A stretch of 59,686 nucleotides of DNA from a bacterium (GTDB taxonomy: Bacteria; SZUA-182; DTGQ01; JAFGSM01), in NCBI GenBank assembly GCA_016934595.1, contig JAFGSM010000151.1, positions 1-59,686 of the forward strand, written 5' to 3'. Positions 1 to 9,138 of this stretch are shown here, piece after piece; the stretch's first letter is position 1, and each line of letters starts with the position of its first letter. The position numbers and the translations under genes are program-made. The notes beneath the pieces were generated by a model, which was not told where the DNA came from, did no database searches, and saw only the letters and a program-made list of their open reading frames with translations.

Positions 1-87
1 ACCGTAGTAGCTGCTGTATGGGCTGTAGGAACTACCGTAGTAGCTGCTGTATGGGCTGTAGGAACTACCGTAGTAGCTGCTGTATGG
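1..87. repeat. 33-bp tandem repeat, about 2.6 copies (accgtagtagctgctgtatgggctgtaggaact)
   Basis: Read directly: 1-33 and 34-66 are identical, and 67-87 is a partial third copy. The period is divisible by 3 and lies in frame with the Tyr/Ser-rich CDS. Confidence 0.9.
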
Positions 88-195
88 ATCATAGGTTGTG
101 GTCTGGGCGTTTAGAGTAAATGAGACAAACACAAGACTCACAAATAATAAAAACAAACTTATGTTCATAACCCCTAAAATACGCTTTCTCATCAT
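1..195 (-). CDS. Secreted Tyr/Ser-rich tandem-repeat protein (C-terminus cut by window edge)
   Basis: Not in ORF track because it runs off the edge. Reverse strand from ATG at 195-193 reads MMRKRILGVMNISLFLLFVSLVFVSFTLNAQTTTYDPYSSYYGSSYSPYSSYYGSSYSPYSSYYG. It has a signal-peptide-like N-terminus followed by 11-aa SYSPYSSYYGS repeats. An aaggcgg Shine-Dalgarno-like element lies about 7 nt upstream. Confidence 0.5.
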   Translation of the reverse strand, partial: MMRKRILGVMNISLFLLFVSLVFVSFTLNAQTTTYDPYSSYYGSSYSPYSSYYGSSYSPYSSYYG

Positions 196-381
196 AAAAA
201 CACCGCCTTTTCTGTTATAATTTTATAATTCTTGGGTTTTTTATGGCAATCATTTACCTGGCCTGAAATAGAAACTTGTTAACCCATATTCCCGGCGAGT
301 CCTCAATTTACATATACACCCCCCCAGATTTTAATGAATTGAATCATTCACTCTAAAATCAATTTAACTGGCAATAATTAG

Positions 382-397
382 AGCAATAAACATGCCA
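382..397 (-). promoter_or_regulatory. Sigma-54 (-24/-12) promoter-like element
   Basis: The reverse complement of 382-397 reads TGGCAT-GTTTA-TTGCT, against the consensus TGGCAC-N5-TTGCW. With one flanking T it matches the element at 45547-45563 at 16 of 17 positions. It lies about 185 nt upstream of the ATG at 195. Confidence 0.5.
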
Positions 398-754
398 ATA
401 AAGGTTTTAAATACATGCCATAACTGCGTTAAACCATTTTAATCAATTAATTCAATTATTTATATTATATCTATAATTGGATATCTGCAATACAAGGCTG
501 AAATGAGGGTGGGAAAATACAGGGACTATATTTAAACAAAAAAGGCGAAATAGACTATTATCTTATTGTAATAATTGATTATATTAAATACATCTATTTT
601 GTATTCATAATGATATTATTTTTCATATTCTAAGAATAAATATGATTCTATCTTCACATATTACTTTAATATTCAAATAACCGATTAACCATAAAAATGC
701 AAAAAAGTACTGATTTATCCCAATGCCGACTTTATTTTACATAATGTGATTTGA

Positions 755-1822
755 CTATGGATTAACGCCTTGAGAATAATTAATCTTGGCGCTGCTGCGC
801 AGTTTTAGCAAGTAGTCATTGATGGCCTGCCCCTTCTTTTGATTATTAATTAAGGATATGATTTTATCCCTTGCATCTTCTACAGGTATGACCTTTGCGT
901 CCTGACGGTCGGTTAATTTGATAATATGATAACCGAATGTTGTCTCAACAATATCGCTAAGTTCACCAATTTTTAACTGGAAAGCAGCATCCTCAAAAGG
1001 CTTGACCATTTTACCCCTATCGAAATATCCTAAATCGCCCCCCCTGGACTTGCTCGGGCAATCAGAGTTTTCTTGTGCCACTTGCATAAAATCGGCCCCA
1101 TTATTGATCTCATCCCTCAATTTTAGGAGACTTTGACGTTTTTCTTCCTTCTTTTCAGGACCGTCATCAGGATCAACGCTGATCAAAATATGGCTTGCTC
1201 TGACCCGTTCCGGCATCCTGAAGTTATCTGGATTTTCGCGATAAAAGGCATTTATCTCTTCTTCTTTTGCATCTTCTAATGGAGGCATTTCGAGATTTAG
1301 AAGGCCTTTGATCTTAAGATTTCTTTCAATCTCCTGCCGTAATTTTTCTTCAGAAATCCCTAAGCTCTCTAACTGTTCTGTAAATTCTTTCATTGTAGGA
1401 TAACGGCTTGCAATAATGGAAATTTCGTTATCAATGGACTTAGCGTCCGGTTTGATATTCTGCCGTTCCGCTTCCTGAAGAAAAAGCGTCTTGTTAACCA
1501 AATTCTCCAGAGCCTTTTCCTTTAATCTTGCGCGCATTATGTTCATCTGTCCCGGAGAAATCTTGTCTCCGAACTGCCTAATAATATTATCCATCTCCTG
1601 CTTCAGTTCCAGACCTGTAATAATCGTGCCATTAACATCCGCAACCATAAAATCCTCTTTTTCATCAAATGGGATCGCCCCAAAGGATTCGTTAGGCTGC
1701 ATCTCATCAACTGGAATCGAGCCTGAAGAAACCTTTGAGGTGTCATTCTTTTCGGATAAACAACCACAGGACAGCAAACTGCACATAACAACTACTAATA
1801 AATAATTCAACCACTTGTTCAT
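755..1822 (-). CDS. Parvulin-type peptidyl-prolyl cis-trans isomerase, SurA/PrsA-like lipoprotein
   Basis: 355 aa. Lipobox-like LLSCGC near the N-terminus. C-terminal rotamase domain (ASHILI...GGDLGYF...FGYHIIKL). aggagggg RBS upstream of the ATG. Confidence 0.85.
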   Translation of the reverse strand: MNKWLNYLLVVVMCSLLSCGCLSEKNDTSKVSSGSIPVDEMQPNESFGAIPFDEKEDFMVADVNGTIITGLELKQEMDNIIRQFGDKISPGQMNIMRARLKEKALENLVNKTLFLQEAERQNIKPDAKSIDNEISIIASRYPTMKEFTEQLESLGISEEKLRQEIERNLKIKGLLNLEMPPLEDAKEEEINAFYRENPDNFRMPERVRASHILISVDPDDGPEKKEEKRQSLLKLRDEINNGADFMQVAQENSDCPSKSRGGDLGYFDRGKMVKPFEDAAFQLKIGELSDIVETTFGYHIIKLTDRQDAKVIPVEDARDKIISLINNQKKGQAINDYLLKLRSSAKINYSQGVNP

Positions 1823-1918
1823 CTTTTTCCCCTCCTGTCAAACGCCTTTTAAAATTTTTCTAAAAAACCAGTATGTACTAAAACGATGAGAAACTTTTTA
1901 TTACGGAAAGTTATAATC

Positions 1919-2101
1919 GATGGCCTCGTAAAAAACCTGTTTTTTCGTCTGAAAATCGTTTATGATTTTCATGCCCCTTTGTGCCAATTTATTGGCATGT
2001 GTGTTTTATTCCGTGCTTGGCATGGAATCCAGTGTTTTCAAATAGCTCTGGGATCCGGCTTCCGCAGGAGTAACGGAATTAGCGACTTTTACGAGACCAT
2101 C
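1919..2101. repeat. Miniature inverted-repeat element, family 1, copy A
   Basis: Terminal inverted repeats gatggcctcgtaaaaa (1919-1934) and ttttacgagaccatc (2087-2101), with one mismatch. The interior carries hairpins (ttccgtgcttggcatggaa and the atccggcttccgcaggag region) homologous, in inverted order, to copy C at 21872. It accounts for the spurious 77-aa ORF 1886..2119. Confidence 0.6.
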
Positions 2102-2347
2102 GACTTTGCTTTTCAATAGATATCTGCTAAAATATCTATTAAATGTTCAAATGTTTTTGATTCGGCTATAAACATTTAGGCGCTGTATTATATTAATAAA
2201 TATATTTATATAAAGTTTGCTGAGTATATCACCCGACAGAAACGAAAACAAGGCTGATATATACATATAAAAAAGCAATCAAAAAGCTGCTGTTATATTG
2301 TTTGTAAATATCAAATGATTTCGGCCTATTTGAAAGAATAAGGGAAA

Positions 2348-4753
2348 ATGAGATTGAAAAAAATAATTGCGCCCTTTATCGTCTTTTTGACCGCCTTTAT
2401 CTTGTCCTGCAGAGGATACGAAGATACGAAGGCTATGTATATGAATAAGGGCAGGAGAAACTTTGAAAATGGCGACTATAGGAATGCAAGGCTTGATTTC
2501 AAAAATGCCCTTCAAACAGATCCAGAATTTAGCGAGGCATACTATATGATAGGGATGGTTGAATTGCATAGTGGTGATTTAATTAAGGCTTACGGAAATT
2601 TTGCAAAGGCCGTAGATCTGGATCCAAATCTTGTGGATGCCCAAATTCAATTGGGAAGATTATTTCTTATTGTGAAAGAAACTGAAAAGGCCATTGAAAA
2701 GGCTGAACTTGCGATAAAACTTGACCCGAAAAAAGATGAGGCATTAATCCTCAAGGGTCAGATTTTGCTTGCCGATAAGGATGTTGAAGTGGCGATAGAG
2801 TTTATTGAAGGGCTTATCGGCAATGGGATACAAAAGCCCGAGGCTTATATGCTTCTTGCCTCAGCCTACAGGCAAAAAAAGGCTATCCGGAAGACAGAGG
2901 ATGTTTTGCGTGAAGGGGCAGACAAAAACCCCGGGTCCATCACTCTTCATCTGGCGCTTGTGGATTTTTATTTAAAAGAGAATCGACCTGATGAGGCCAT
3001 AAAAGTCATGAAAAAGGTGGTTGATCTCAATCCGAACGATCAGGATCAAAAGGTAGATCTGGCCAGGATTTATTGGAATATAGGGCAGGAAAATAAGGCA
3101 TCTGACCTGCTTGAAGGCATTATTGATTCAGATCCTGAAAACGAAGACCACAGGATAAAGGTCGCCGAATTCTACTTTTCCAATAAGAGATTTGGGGATG
3201 CCGAGGACAGGCTTAAAGAGGGGATAAAGCACAATGAAAAAAGCTTTAAGCTCCACTTCGCCTTGAGCAAACTTTATCAGGAACAGGGGAAAATAGACGA
3301 GGCGATCGCCCAGTTGAATAAATGCTTGTCATTTCATAATGACCCGGCAGACAACAGGGCGCTTCAGGCCAAAAATGCGCTGGCACAGATATATCTTTTG
3401 GAAAAAGAACTTGATAAATCGCTGATGTATATTGAAGAGATTCGAAAATTTGATCCCAACAATGTGGAAGCATGCTTGACTAAAGGAAAGATCAACCTTC
3501 TAAGAGGTAAGGGTTTGGATGCCGTATCAGAATTCAAAACCTTTTTAAACGCTCGCCCTGAATCAATCCAAGGGCATCTGCATCTATCAGAGGCTCACCT
3601 CATGAATAAAGAGATCGATATTGCGATCAACACCCTGCTTAAGGCCCAAAAAATCGACCCTCAGTCGATACAAATCAGGAGATTATTAGCGCGCTTATAT
3701 ACTATGAAAAGGGATCACAGAAACGCAGAGACACAGCTCAGATATATTCTTGAGGAAGACCCTGATAATATCCTGGTCAAAAAGGATCTTGGGGATCTCT
3801 TTCTTGATTTGAAAGATTTAATCAAAGCCGAAAAATACTATGATGAAATCAGGGGAAATGACCTGATCAGCCCTATAGGTCATCTGAATTTGGCTCATGG
3901 TTACAGAGGCGTAGGAAAACTCTCCAAAGCAAACGAAGAGATCGAAAAGGCCTATAGTATGGATCCTCAATCTCCTCAAATATTTGAAGCCCTCATCCAG
4001 ATTTATCTATTGCAGGGCAAGCACGATGAAGCCATATCGGTATGCAGGGACAGGCTGAATAGATACCCTGATGATGCTTTTACTCTTAGCCTGCTTGGCA
4101 GGATCTACTCATCAAACAAGGATTATATAAACGCAGAAAAAGCCCTTTTAAAATCCATCGAGCTTCAACCTGACTGGATGTATCACCATAATTACCTTGC
4201 CAAGATTTACAAGACCCAGGGTAAAACCCAAAAGGCCATTGAAACGCTCGAGGATGCATTAAAGGCCAATCCAAATAATCTTTCTGCCTGTCTAAATCTT
4301 GGAGAGCTTTATGATCAAGCCAAAGAATATCAAAAGGCCATAAGATCTTACGAAAAGGCTATCGAATTAGACCCAAATCTTTTTAGCGCATCAAACAACC
4401 TTGCCTTTTTGATATGCGAACATTCAGACTCGAAGGAAGATCTTGAAAGGGCGCTTGCCTTAGCGCGAAGTTCGTATGAAAAAAACCCCAAGGATCCGGC
4501 AATCCTCGATACCCTTGGCTGGATCTACTATAAGATGGGTGACATGCAAAGGGCTCTTGATCTTATAAGAAATTCCCTTTTATTATCCCCTAAAAATCCA
4601 AGCATCAATTACCATATGGGGATGGTGCTTTACCGTCTTGGGAAGATCAACGATGCAAAGGGAAAACTAAAGAAATCCCTTGAGAGCGGCGCAGTATTTC
4701 ATGGAAAAGAAGAAGCTCAATCTACCCTTGATAATATTGATAATATACCTTGA
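2348..4753 (+). CDS. TPR-repeat lipoprotein (many tetratricopeptide repeats)
   Basis: 801 aa. Lipobox LTAFILSCRG. Repeated 34-aa TPR signatures run throughout (A..y..G......g....A...f.kAl.ldP). The architecture resembles PrsT-type TPR proteins, but no PEP-CTERM or exosortase partner is present in the window. Confidence 0.8.
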   Translation: MRLKKIIAPFIVFLTAFILSCRGYEDTKAMYMNKGRRNFENGDYRNARLDFKNALQTDPEFSEAYYMIGMVELHSGDLIKAYGNFAKAVDLDPNLVDAQIQLGRLFLIVKETEKAIEKAELAIKLDPKKDEALILKGQILLADKDVEVAIEFIEGLIGNGIQKPEAYMLLASAYRQKKAIRKTEDVLREGADKNPGSITLHLALVDFYLKENRPDEAIKVMKKVVDLNPNDQDQKVDLARIYWNIGQENKASDLLEGIIDSDPENEDHRIKVAEFYFSNKRFGDAEDRLKEGIKHNEKSFKLHFALSKLYQEQGKIDEAIAQLNKCLSFHNDPADNRALQAKNALAQIYLLEKELDKSLMYIEEIRKFDPNNVEACLTKGKINLLRGKGLDAVSEFKTFLNARPESIQGHLHLSEAHLMNKEIDIAINTLLKAQKIDPQSIQIRRLLARLYTMKRDHRNAETQLRYILEEDPDNILVKKDLGDLFLDLKDLIKAEKYYDEIRGNDLISPIGHLNLAHGYRGVGKLSKANEEIEKAYSMDPQSPQIFEALIQIYLLQGKHDEAISVCRDRLNRYPDDAFTLSLLGRIYSSNKDYINAEKALLKSIELQPDWMYHHNYLAKIYKTQGKTQKAIETLEDALKANPNNLSACLNLGELYDQAKEYQKAIRSYEKAIELDPNLFSASNNLAFLICEHSDSKEDLERALALARSSYEKNPKDPAILDTLGWIYYKMGDMQRALDLIRNSLLLSPKNPSINYHMGMVLYRLGKINDAKGKLKKSLESGAVFHGKEEAQSTLDNIDNIP

Positions 4754-4833
4754 AAAAACCTTGACCATTAAACTGGCTTATATTCCATAACCAAAGTATC
4801 CGCGAGAGATTAGCAATGCTTCTCTTCCGAAAA

Positions 4834-6177
4834 TCAATAGTTGCCCGGAATCCTTAACTTCTGACCAATCATTATAGTAGAAGACACATCCAGGCTATTT
4901 AGTTCCCTCAGTATATCCAAAGGGATACTGTAAATCGAGGCGATATGCCAAAGCGTCTCACCTTTTTGGACAACATGAATTTTATAATCCATTGTGTCTG
5001 TGCCTGTCTTTGCATATGAATGCCCTGATGTATCCTTAAACGGCCTTCCTGCCTGAAAATTTACAATGCCATCGCAAATCATCTGCGCCATCTGGGACTG
5101 AACCTTTTTCGAAACTAAAAGGTCGATATCGGAAGAATTTGTCAAATAAGCCAGTTCTACAAGCACAGAAGGGATTGAAGGGGATTTAAGGACGCCAAAC
5201 TTGGCGCATTTAAGGCCCTCCTTTTCCAGCCCCTTGATCCTTATCAATTCTCCAAGAATCTTCTCCCCCAGATCTATACTTTCATTAATAGTATGGGTCT
5301 GAGCCAGATCGATCAAAATGGAGTCCAGCATCCTATCTCTGCCAAGGGGGATGCCTCCGATCTTATCAGAGGCATTTTCTCTCTCCGCTAATAACGCAGC
5401 GGCCTCATCCGTAGCTCCGTCCCTTGACAGATAATAAACGGAAGCGCCTTTCATGTCCGGTTTTCGGCATGCGTTGGCATGGATACTAACAAATAAATCT
5501 GCATGGTATCTATGCGCGATCTCAATCCTCTCCCTTAACGAAAGAAAATAGTCTCCTTCTCTTGTCATATATGCCTTAATGCCCGGCTGTTTATTCAACA
5601 AATCCCTCAGCATAATCCCTACAGAAAGCACTATGTCTTTCTCCTTATATTTGCCACGTCCTATGGCTCCTGGGTCTTCACCACCATGGCCTGGATCAAT
5701 AACCACTATCCAATGGTCTTTTTTCAAGCCAATAATCTTCTTCGTTTGATCTTGCTCTCTTTGTGCATAATTTGGATTTTTTATATCTATTACAATCCTG
5801 TCAGGTTTTTCTTTGTATTTTCTGAGATAAAATATCTGATATTGCGTCGGCTCTGAAAGCGCAATCTCTATTAACAATGAACCGGGAGACGAATCCGATA
5901 ATCTTAGAGACCTGATCAGAGGGCTTTCGATTTCACATCCTTGCAAAGACGATATTTTCTTACAGTTTCTGAACTCTAAGCTTATCTTTAACGTATCCTT
6001 TTTATCGGTCTCCTGGAAAAGAAGCGGACGATCCAAGTCAAACACAACCCTTGTATAATCAGGCGCTGTCCAGGAACGAACAGCATTTAGGGTAGCCGCA
6101 GCAAAACACTGTTCATTGAAGATCAAGATGATAATAAAGGCCAATAAGAGCCCTATGCCCTTTTTAGATAAACCCAT
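4834..6177 (-). CDS. N-acetylmuramoyl-L-alanine amidase (AMIN + Amidase_3 + LysM)
   Basis: 447 aa. Signal peptide, then an AMIN-like segment VRSWTAPDYTRVVFDL. The catalytic region contains VVIDPGHGGEDPGA and SIHANA. The C-terminal LysM is HVVQKGETLWHIASIYSIPLDILRELNSL...GQKLRIP. Confidence 0.88.
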   Translation of the reverse strand: MGLSKKGIGLLLAFIIILIFNEQCFAAATLNAVRSWTAPDYTRVVFDLDRPLLFQETDKKDTLKISLEFRNCKKISSLQGCEIESPLIRSLRLSDSSPGSLLIEIALSEPTQYQIFYLRKYKEKPDRIVIDIKNPNYAQREQDQTKKIIGLKKDHWIVVIDPGHGGEDPGAIGRGKYKEKDIVLSVGIMLRDLLNKQPGIKAYMTREGDYFLSLRERIEIAHRYHADLFVSIHANACRKPDMKGASVYYLSRDGATDEAAALLAERENASDKIGGIPLGRDRMLDSILIDLAQTHTINESIDLGEKILGELIRIKGLEKEGLKCAKFGVLKSPSIPSVLVELAYLTNSSDIDLLVSKKVQSQMAQMICDGIVNFQAGRPFKDTSGHSYAKTGTDTMDYKIHVVQKGETLWHIASIYSIPLDILRELNSLDVSSTIMIGQKLRIPGNY

Positions 6178-6318
6178 TGAAAACCCGATATGAATCTTCT
6201 TCTGTCCATTTGTGACACAATGAACATTTCCTTCTGTTTATATTATCTGTTTAATCCAAAAGGAGGCTGCTCGTAATACACCCGCAACCTAAATTTTCAA
6301 ATGAAGACTTTATTATTT

Positions 6319-6439
6319 GATGGCCTCGTAAAAAGTAATTTTCATGATGAAAAACCAGGATTTTATCGCCAAAATAAATATCAAATCTATAATATTAAAC
6401 TTATTTTTAGGGGCATTTTAGACTTTTTACGAGGCCATC
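6319..6439. repeat. Miniature inverted-repeat element, family 1, copy B
   Basis: Perfect 18-bp terminal inverted repeats gatggcctcgtaaaaagt (6319-6336) and actttttacgaggccatc (6422-6439). It accounts for the spurious ORF 6301..6489. Confidence 0.65.
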
Positions 6440-6541
6440 GTTATTTAATACCATTTAATATGAAAATGTCAACCATGGAAAGAATGTAAAAATTTGTTTT
6501 AATTCTTGCCATAATTATATATTAATGATTCCCTATTCATG

Positions 6542-6570
6542 TTGACACTTCATCAAAGGGATGATAAACT
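6542..6570 (+). promoter_or_regulatory. Possible sigma-70 promoter (TTGACA-17 nt-TAAACT)
   Basis: TTGACA at 6542-6547, a 17-nt spacer, then TAAACT at 6565-6570, about 60 nt upstream of the ATG at 6630. This is a pattern match only. Confidence 0.3.
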
Positions 6571-6629
6571 CTTATCCTGGGTTTTGTAATTTTTTGATTT
6601 TTATTACTTTTTATCATGGAGGTGTTATT

Positions 6630-7277
6630 ATGTACAATCTTTATCCTTCCAAGAGGTTTGATCTCTTCATCGTGATTTTTATAGCATTGGGTATATTTGT
6701 CATCATTTCACACATTCCATCGATAATCTATGCTTGGGGGCCTGAAAATCCAAGCGGCCCTGGATTTAGGCAGGACATGTATCCAAATCCGGGATTCGGG
6801 CCCGGGTTTATGCAGGGAAGCGGTTTGCGCAGAGGATTCGGTTTCGGTATTGGGGCAGGTTCCGGTGGATTACACCTTCAAAGGGGAATCCTGCAAGAAC
6901 CCCTGTATTGTAAAATGCTGATGGACAGAACAGATCTTAATTTGACCTCTGAGCAAAAAGAGGCACTACGACAATTGCAGTTGAATTATACAAAAGAGAC
7001 AGGTGATCTCAGGGCAGATCTGCAAATAGCCAAAATTGAGCTCAGGAAACTGCGTTTCGCCCAGGACCCAAATTTTAACAATATAAAGAAAAAACTGGAA
7101 AATATCTCTAAGTTACAACTAGAATTACAATTGAAGCGTGCCAGGCTTCAAATCGATGCAGACAAGTTGCTTACCAGAGAACAAAAAGACTCTCTTTATC
7201 TTTCTCCTGATATGGCAGTTGATATAGATTGGGACGTGTCCATGGATTTGGAGGAAAAATCAGAAGCAGGTCTTTAA
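6630..7277 (+). CDS. Spy/CpxP-family (LTXXQ-motif) periplasmic protein with a Gly-rich N-terminal region
   Basis: The track ORF starts at 6561. I prefer the ATG at 6630, which is preceded by ggagg at 6618-6622. One N-terminal TM/signal segment, then a Gly-rich stretch PGFGPGFMQGSGLRRGFGFGIGAGSGG. Coiled helices follow, with LNLTSEQ and LLTREQ (LTXXQ) motifs. Confidence 0.6.
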   Translation: MYNLYPSKRFDLFIVIFIALGIFVIISHIPSIIYAWGPENPSGPGFRQDMYPNPGFGPGFMQGSGLRRGFGFGIGAGSGGLHLQRGILQEPLYCKMLMDRTDLNLTSEQKEALRQLQLNYTKETGDLRADLQIAKIELRKLRFAQDPNFNNIKKKLENISKLQLELQLKRARLQIDADKLLTREQKDSLYLSPDMAVDIDWDVSMDLEEKSEAGL

Positions 7278-7296
7278 TAAATCAGCACCATAAGCC

Positions 7297-8448
7297 ATGA
7301 AAAGTTTTGATGAAATAAACGAACGGATCAAACAGGGCAAGGCTGTTGTTTTAACGGCTGAAGAGGTCATTCCCCTGGCCAAAGAAAAGGGGATAAAGGA
7401 AGTGGCGGAAAAGGTTGACGTGGTAACCACTGCCACTTTTGGACCAATGTGTTCATCAGGCGTTTTTCTTAATTTCGGGCACTCTGACCCGCCAATAAAG
7501 ATGAACAGGGTATTGCTAAACGACGTTCCTGCTTATGCAGGTTTGGCAGCAGTCGATGTATATCTTGGCGCATCTGCCTTATCAGAAAAAGAAGGCGCCT
7601 TTTACGGCGGCGGCCATGTTATCGAGGAGCTTGTAGCTAAAAAAAGAATAATGCTAAGGGCCATGGGCTGCAAGACAGATTGCTATCCTTTAGAGCATAT
7701 AGAAACCACTATAACCATTGATACCATTAACCAGGCTATCCTTTGCAATCCAAGAAATGTTTATCAGAATTATGCCGCTGCTACCAACTCTTCACAGCGC
7801 ACACTTTATACATATATGGGGTCATTGCTGCCTCGATTTGGCAATGTAGCCTATTCCACATCAGGACAACTAAGTCCACTTATTAATGATCCAGAATACA
7901 GGACTATAGGCATTGGAACCAGGATTTTCCTGGGAGGCGGAACCGGATATATAATAGGCGAAGGCACACAACATAATCCAGGACAATTAAAGGATCAAAA
8001 TGGGGTGCCTCTTGGCCCGGCCGGAACGCTTTGTGTTAAGGGCGATTTAAAGCAGATGAGCGCCAGGTACCTAAGAGGAGCCAGGATAAAAGGATATGGC
8101 GTAAGCCTGTTCGTAGGCATAGGCATACCCATTCCTATTCTGGATGAAGCGATGGCTGAGGCGGTTACCATATCTGATGAACGAATATACACGAGCATAT
8201 ATGATTATGGGATTCCTCGCCGCTCCAGGCCCTCATATGGAAGGATAAATTACCATCAACTCAGGTCAGGTTACATAAAACTGGATGATAAGACTGTTCC
8301 GACCAATCCCGTTTCAAGTTATGCCATGGCTCGCGAAATAGCCGCTATTCTTAAAGACTGGATAAGCAATGGAGACTTTTTTTTGATTCAGCCAGTCCAG
8401 CAGCTACCCAAAGATGTCCTGTTAAAACCAATGGACCAAAACATTTGA
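7297..8448 (+). CDS. Homocysteine biosynthesis protein, COG1900/DUF39 family
   Basis: 383 aa. The N-terminus MKSFDEINERIKQGKAVVLTAEEV and overall pattern are typical of DUF39. It is immediately followed by a NIL-ferredoxin gene, which is the conserved pairing. Confidence 0.7.
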   Translation: MKSFDEINERIKQGKAVVLTAEEVIPLAKEKGIKEVAEKVDVVTTATFGPMCSSGVFLNFGHSDPPIKMNRVLLNDVPAYAGLAAVDVYLGASALSEKEGAFYGGGHVIEELVAKKRIMLRAMGCKTDCYPLEHIETTITIDTINQAILCNPRNVYQNYAAATNSSQRTLYTYMGSLLPRFGNVAYSTSGQLSPLINDPEYRTIGIGTRIFLGGGTGYIIGEGTQHNPGQLKDQNGVPLGPAGTLCVKGDLKQMSARYLRGARIKGYGVSLFVGIGIPIPILDEAMAEAVTISDERIYTSIYDYGIPRRSRPSYGRINYHQLRSGYIKLDDKTVPTNPVSSYAMAREIAAILKDWISNGDFFLIQPVQQLPKDVLLKPMDQNI

Positions 8449-8461
8449 AAGACCCTAAATT

Positions 8462-8872
8462 ATGCAGGTTTCAAAAAGAGTAATATTGACATTTCCTGCA
8501 AGCCTTGCCGGAACACCAGTCACATACCGGCTTGTCAAGGATTACAATCTGGTTATGAATATCTTAAGGGCCAAGGTGATTCCGAAGGATGAAGGCCGCC
8601 TCGTGCTTGAGCTGTCAGGAGAAAAAAAGGATATCGAAGCGGGCCTTATATTCTTAAAAGAGAAGGGAGTAAGTATAGAAGCCCTGGCAAAGGATATTCA
8701 CCTTGATGAAGAGTCCTGTGTTCATTGCGGTTTCTGCACAGCGGTTTGTTTTCAGGATGCGCTCTCTATGAATCCGGAAACATGGAAGCTTGAGTTTAAC
8801 CGGGAGAAATGCGTTTTATGTGAACAATGTGTTGACATCTGCCCGATGGGCGCCATTCAGATAAAATTTTGA
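8462..8872 (+). CDS. NIL domain + 2x[4Fe-4S] ferredoxin protein (partner of DUF39)
   Basis: 136 aa. The N-terminal part is NIL-like. The C-terminus has CVHCGFCTAVC and CVLCEQCVDICP cluster motifs. Confidence 0.7.
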   Translation: MQVSKRVILTFPASLAGTPVTYRLVKDYNLVMNILRAKVIPKDEGRLVLELSGEKKDIEAGLIFLKEKGVSIEALAKDIHLDEESCVHCGFCTAVCFQDALSMNPETWKLEFNREKCVLCEQCVDICPMGAIQIKF

Positions 8873-9001
8873 CACAGGTTGTAAATGACCATAGATGTAA
8901 AATGATGTAATTGCTCAATATGTTATGGGAAACCAGACTTCTAAATGGCAATGAGTTGTTATTTTCACGGGATATTGAGCAGTTACAAAATGCTATAAAA
9001 T

Positions 9002-9033
9002 AGCCCCTGCAATTATGCTCTATTGCAAGGGCT
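9002..9033 (-). terminator. Stem-loop between convergent genes (probable terminator of the Gly/Tyr-rich gene, possibly bidirectional)
   Basis: agcccctgcaat (9002-9013) pairs with attgcaagggct (9022-9033): a 12-bp stem with one mismatch and an 8-nt loop. A T-rich run follows on the minus strand. Confidence 0.4.
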
Positions 9034-9138
9034 AAAACCCTCTATACACAAAGTCCTCTCAAATTTTGTCAATTTAAGATCCTTTATAATACTGAGTTAT
9101 ATTCATAACAAATTGATATCAGCCAGTCTTATTAAATA

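Noticed and set aside
1886-2119. 77-aa plus-strand ORF (also 62-aa ORF 6301..6489)
   Set aside because: Both are translations of family 1 inverted-repeat elements. Their ends coincide with the TIRs, they have no RBS, and their peptide similarity (DGLVK...) simply reflects the repeated DNA.
2348-4753. Calling the TPR lipoprotein a PEP-CTERM system PrsT protein
   Set aside because: Only its size, lipobox and TPR architecture fit. No exosortase, PEP-CTERM substrate or EPS genes lie in the window, so the specific name is not supported.
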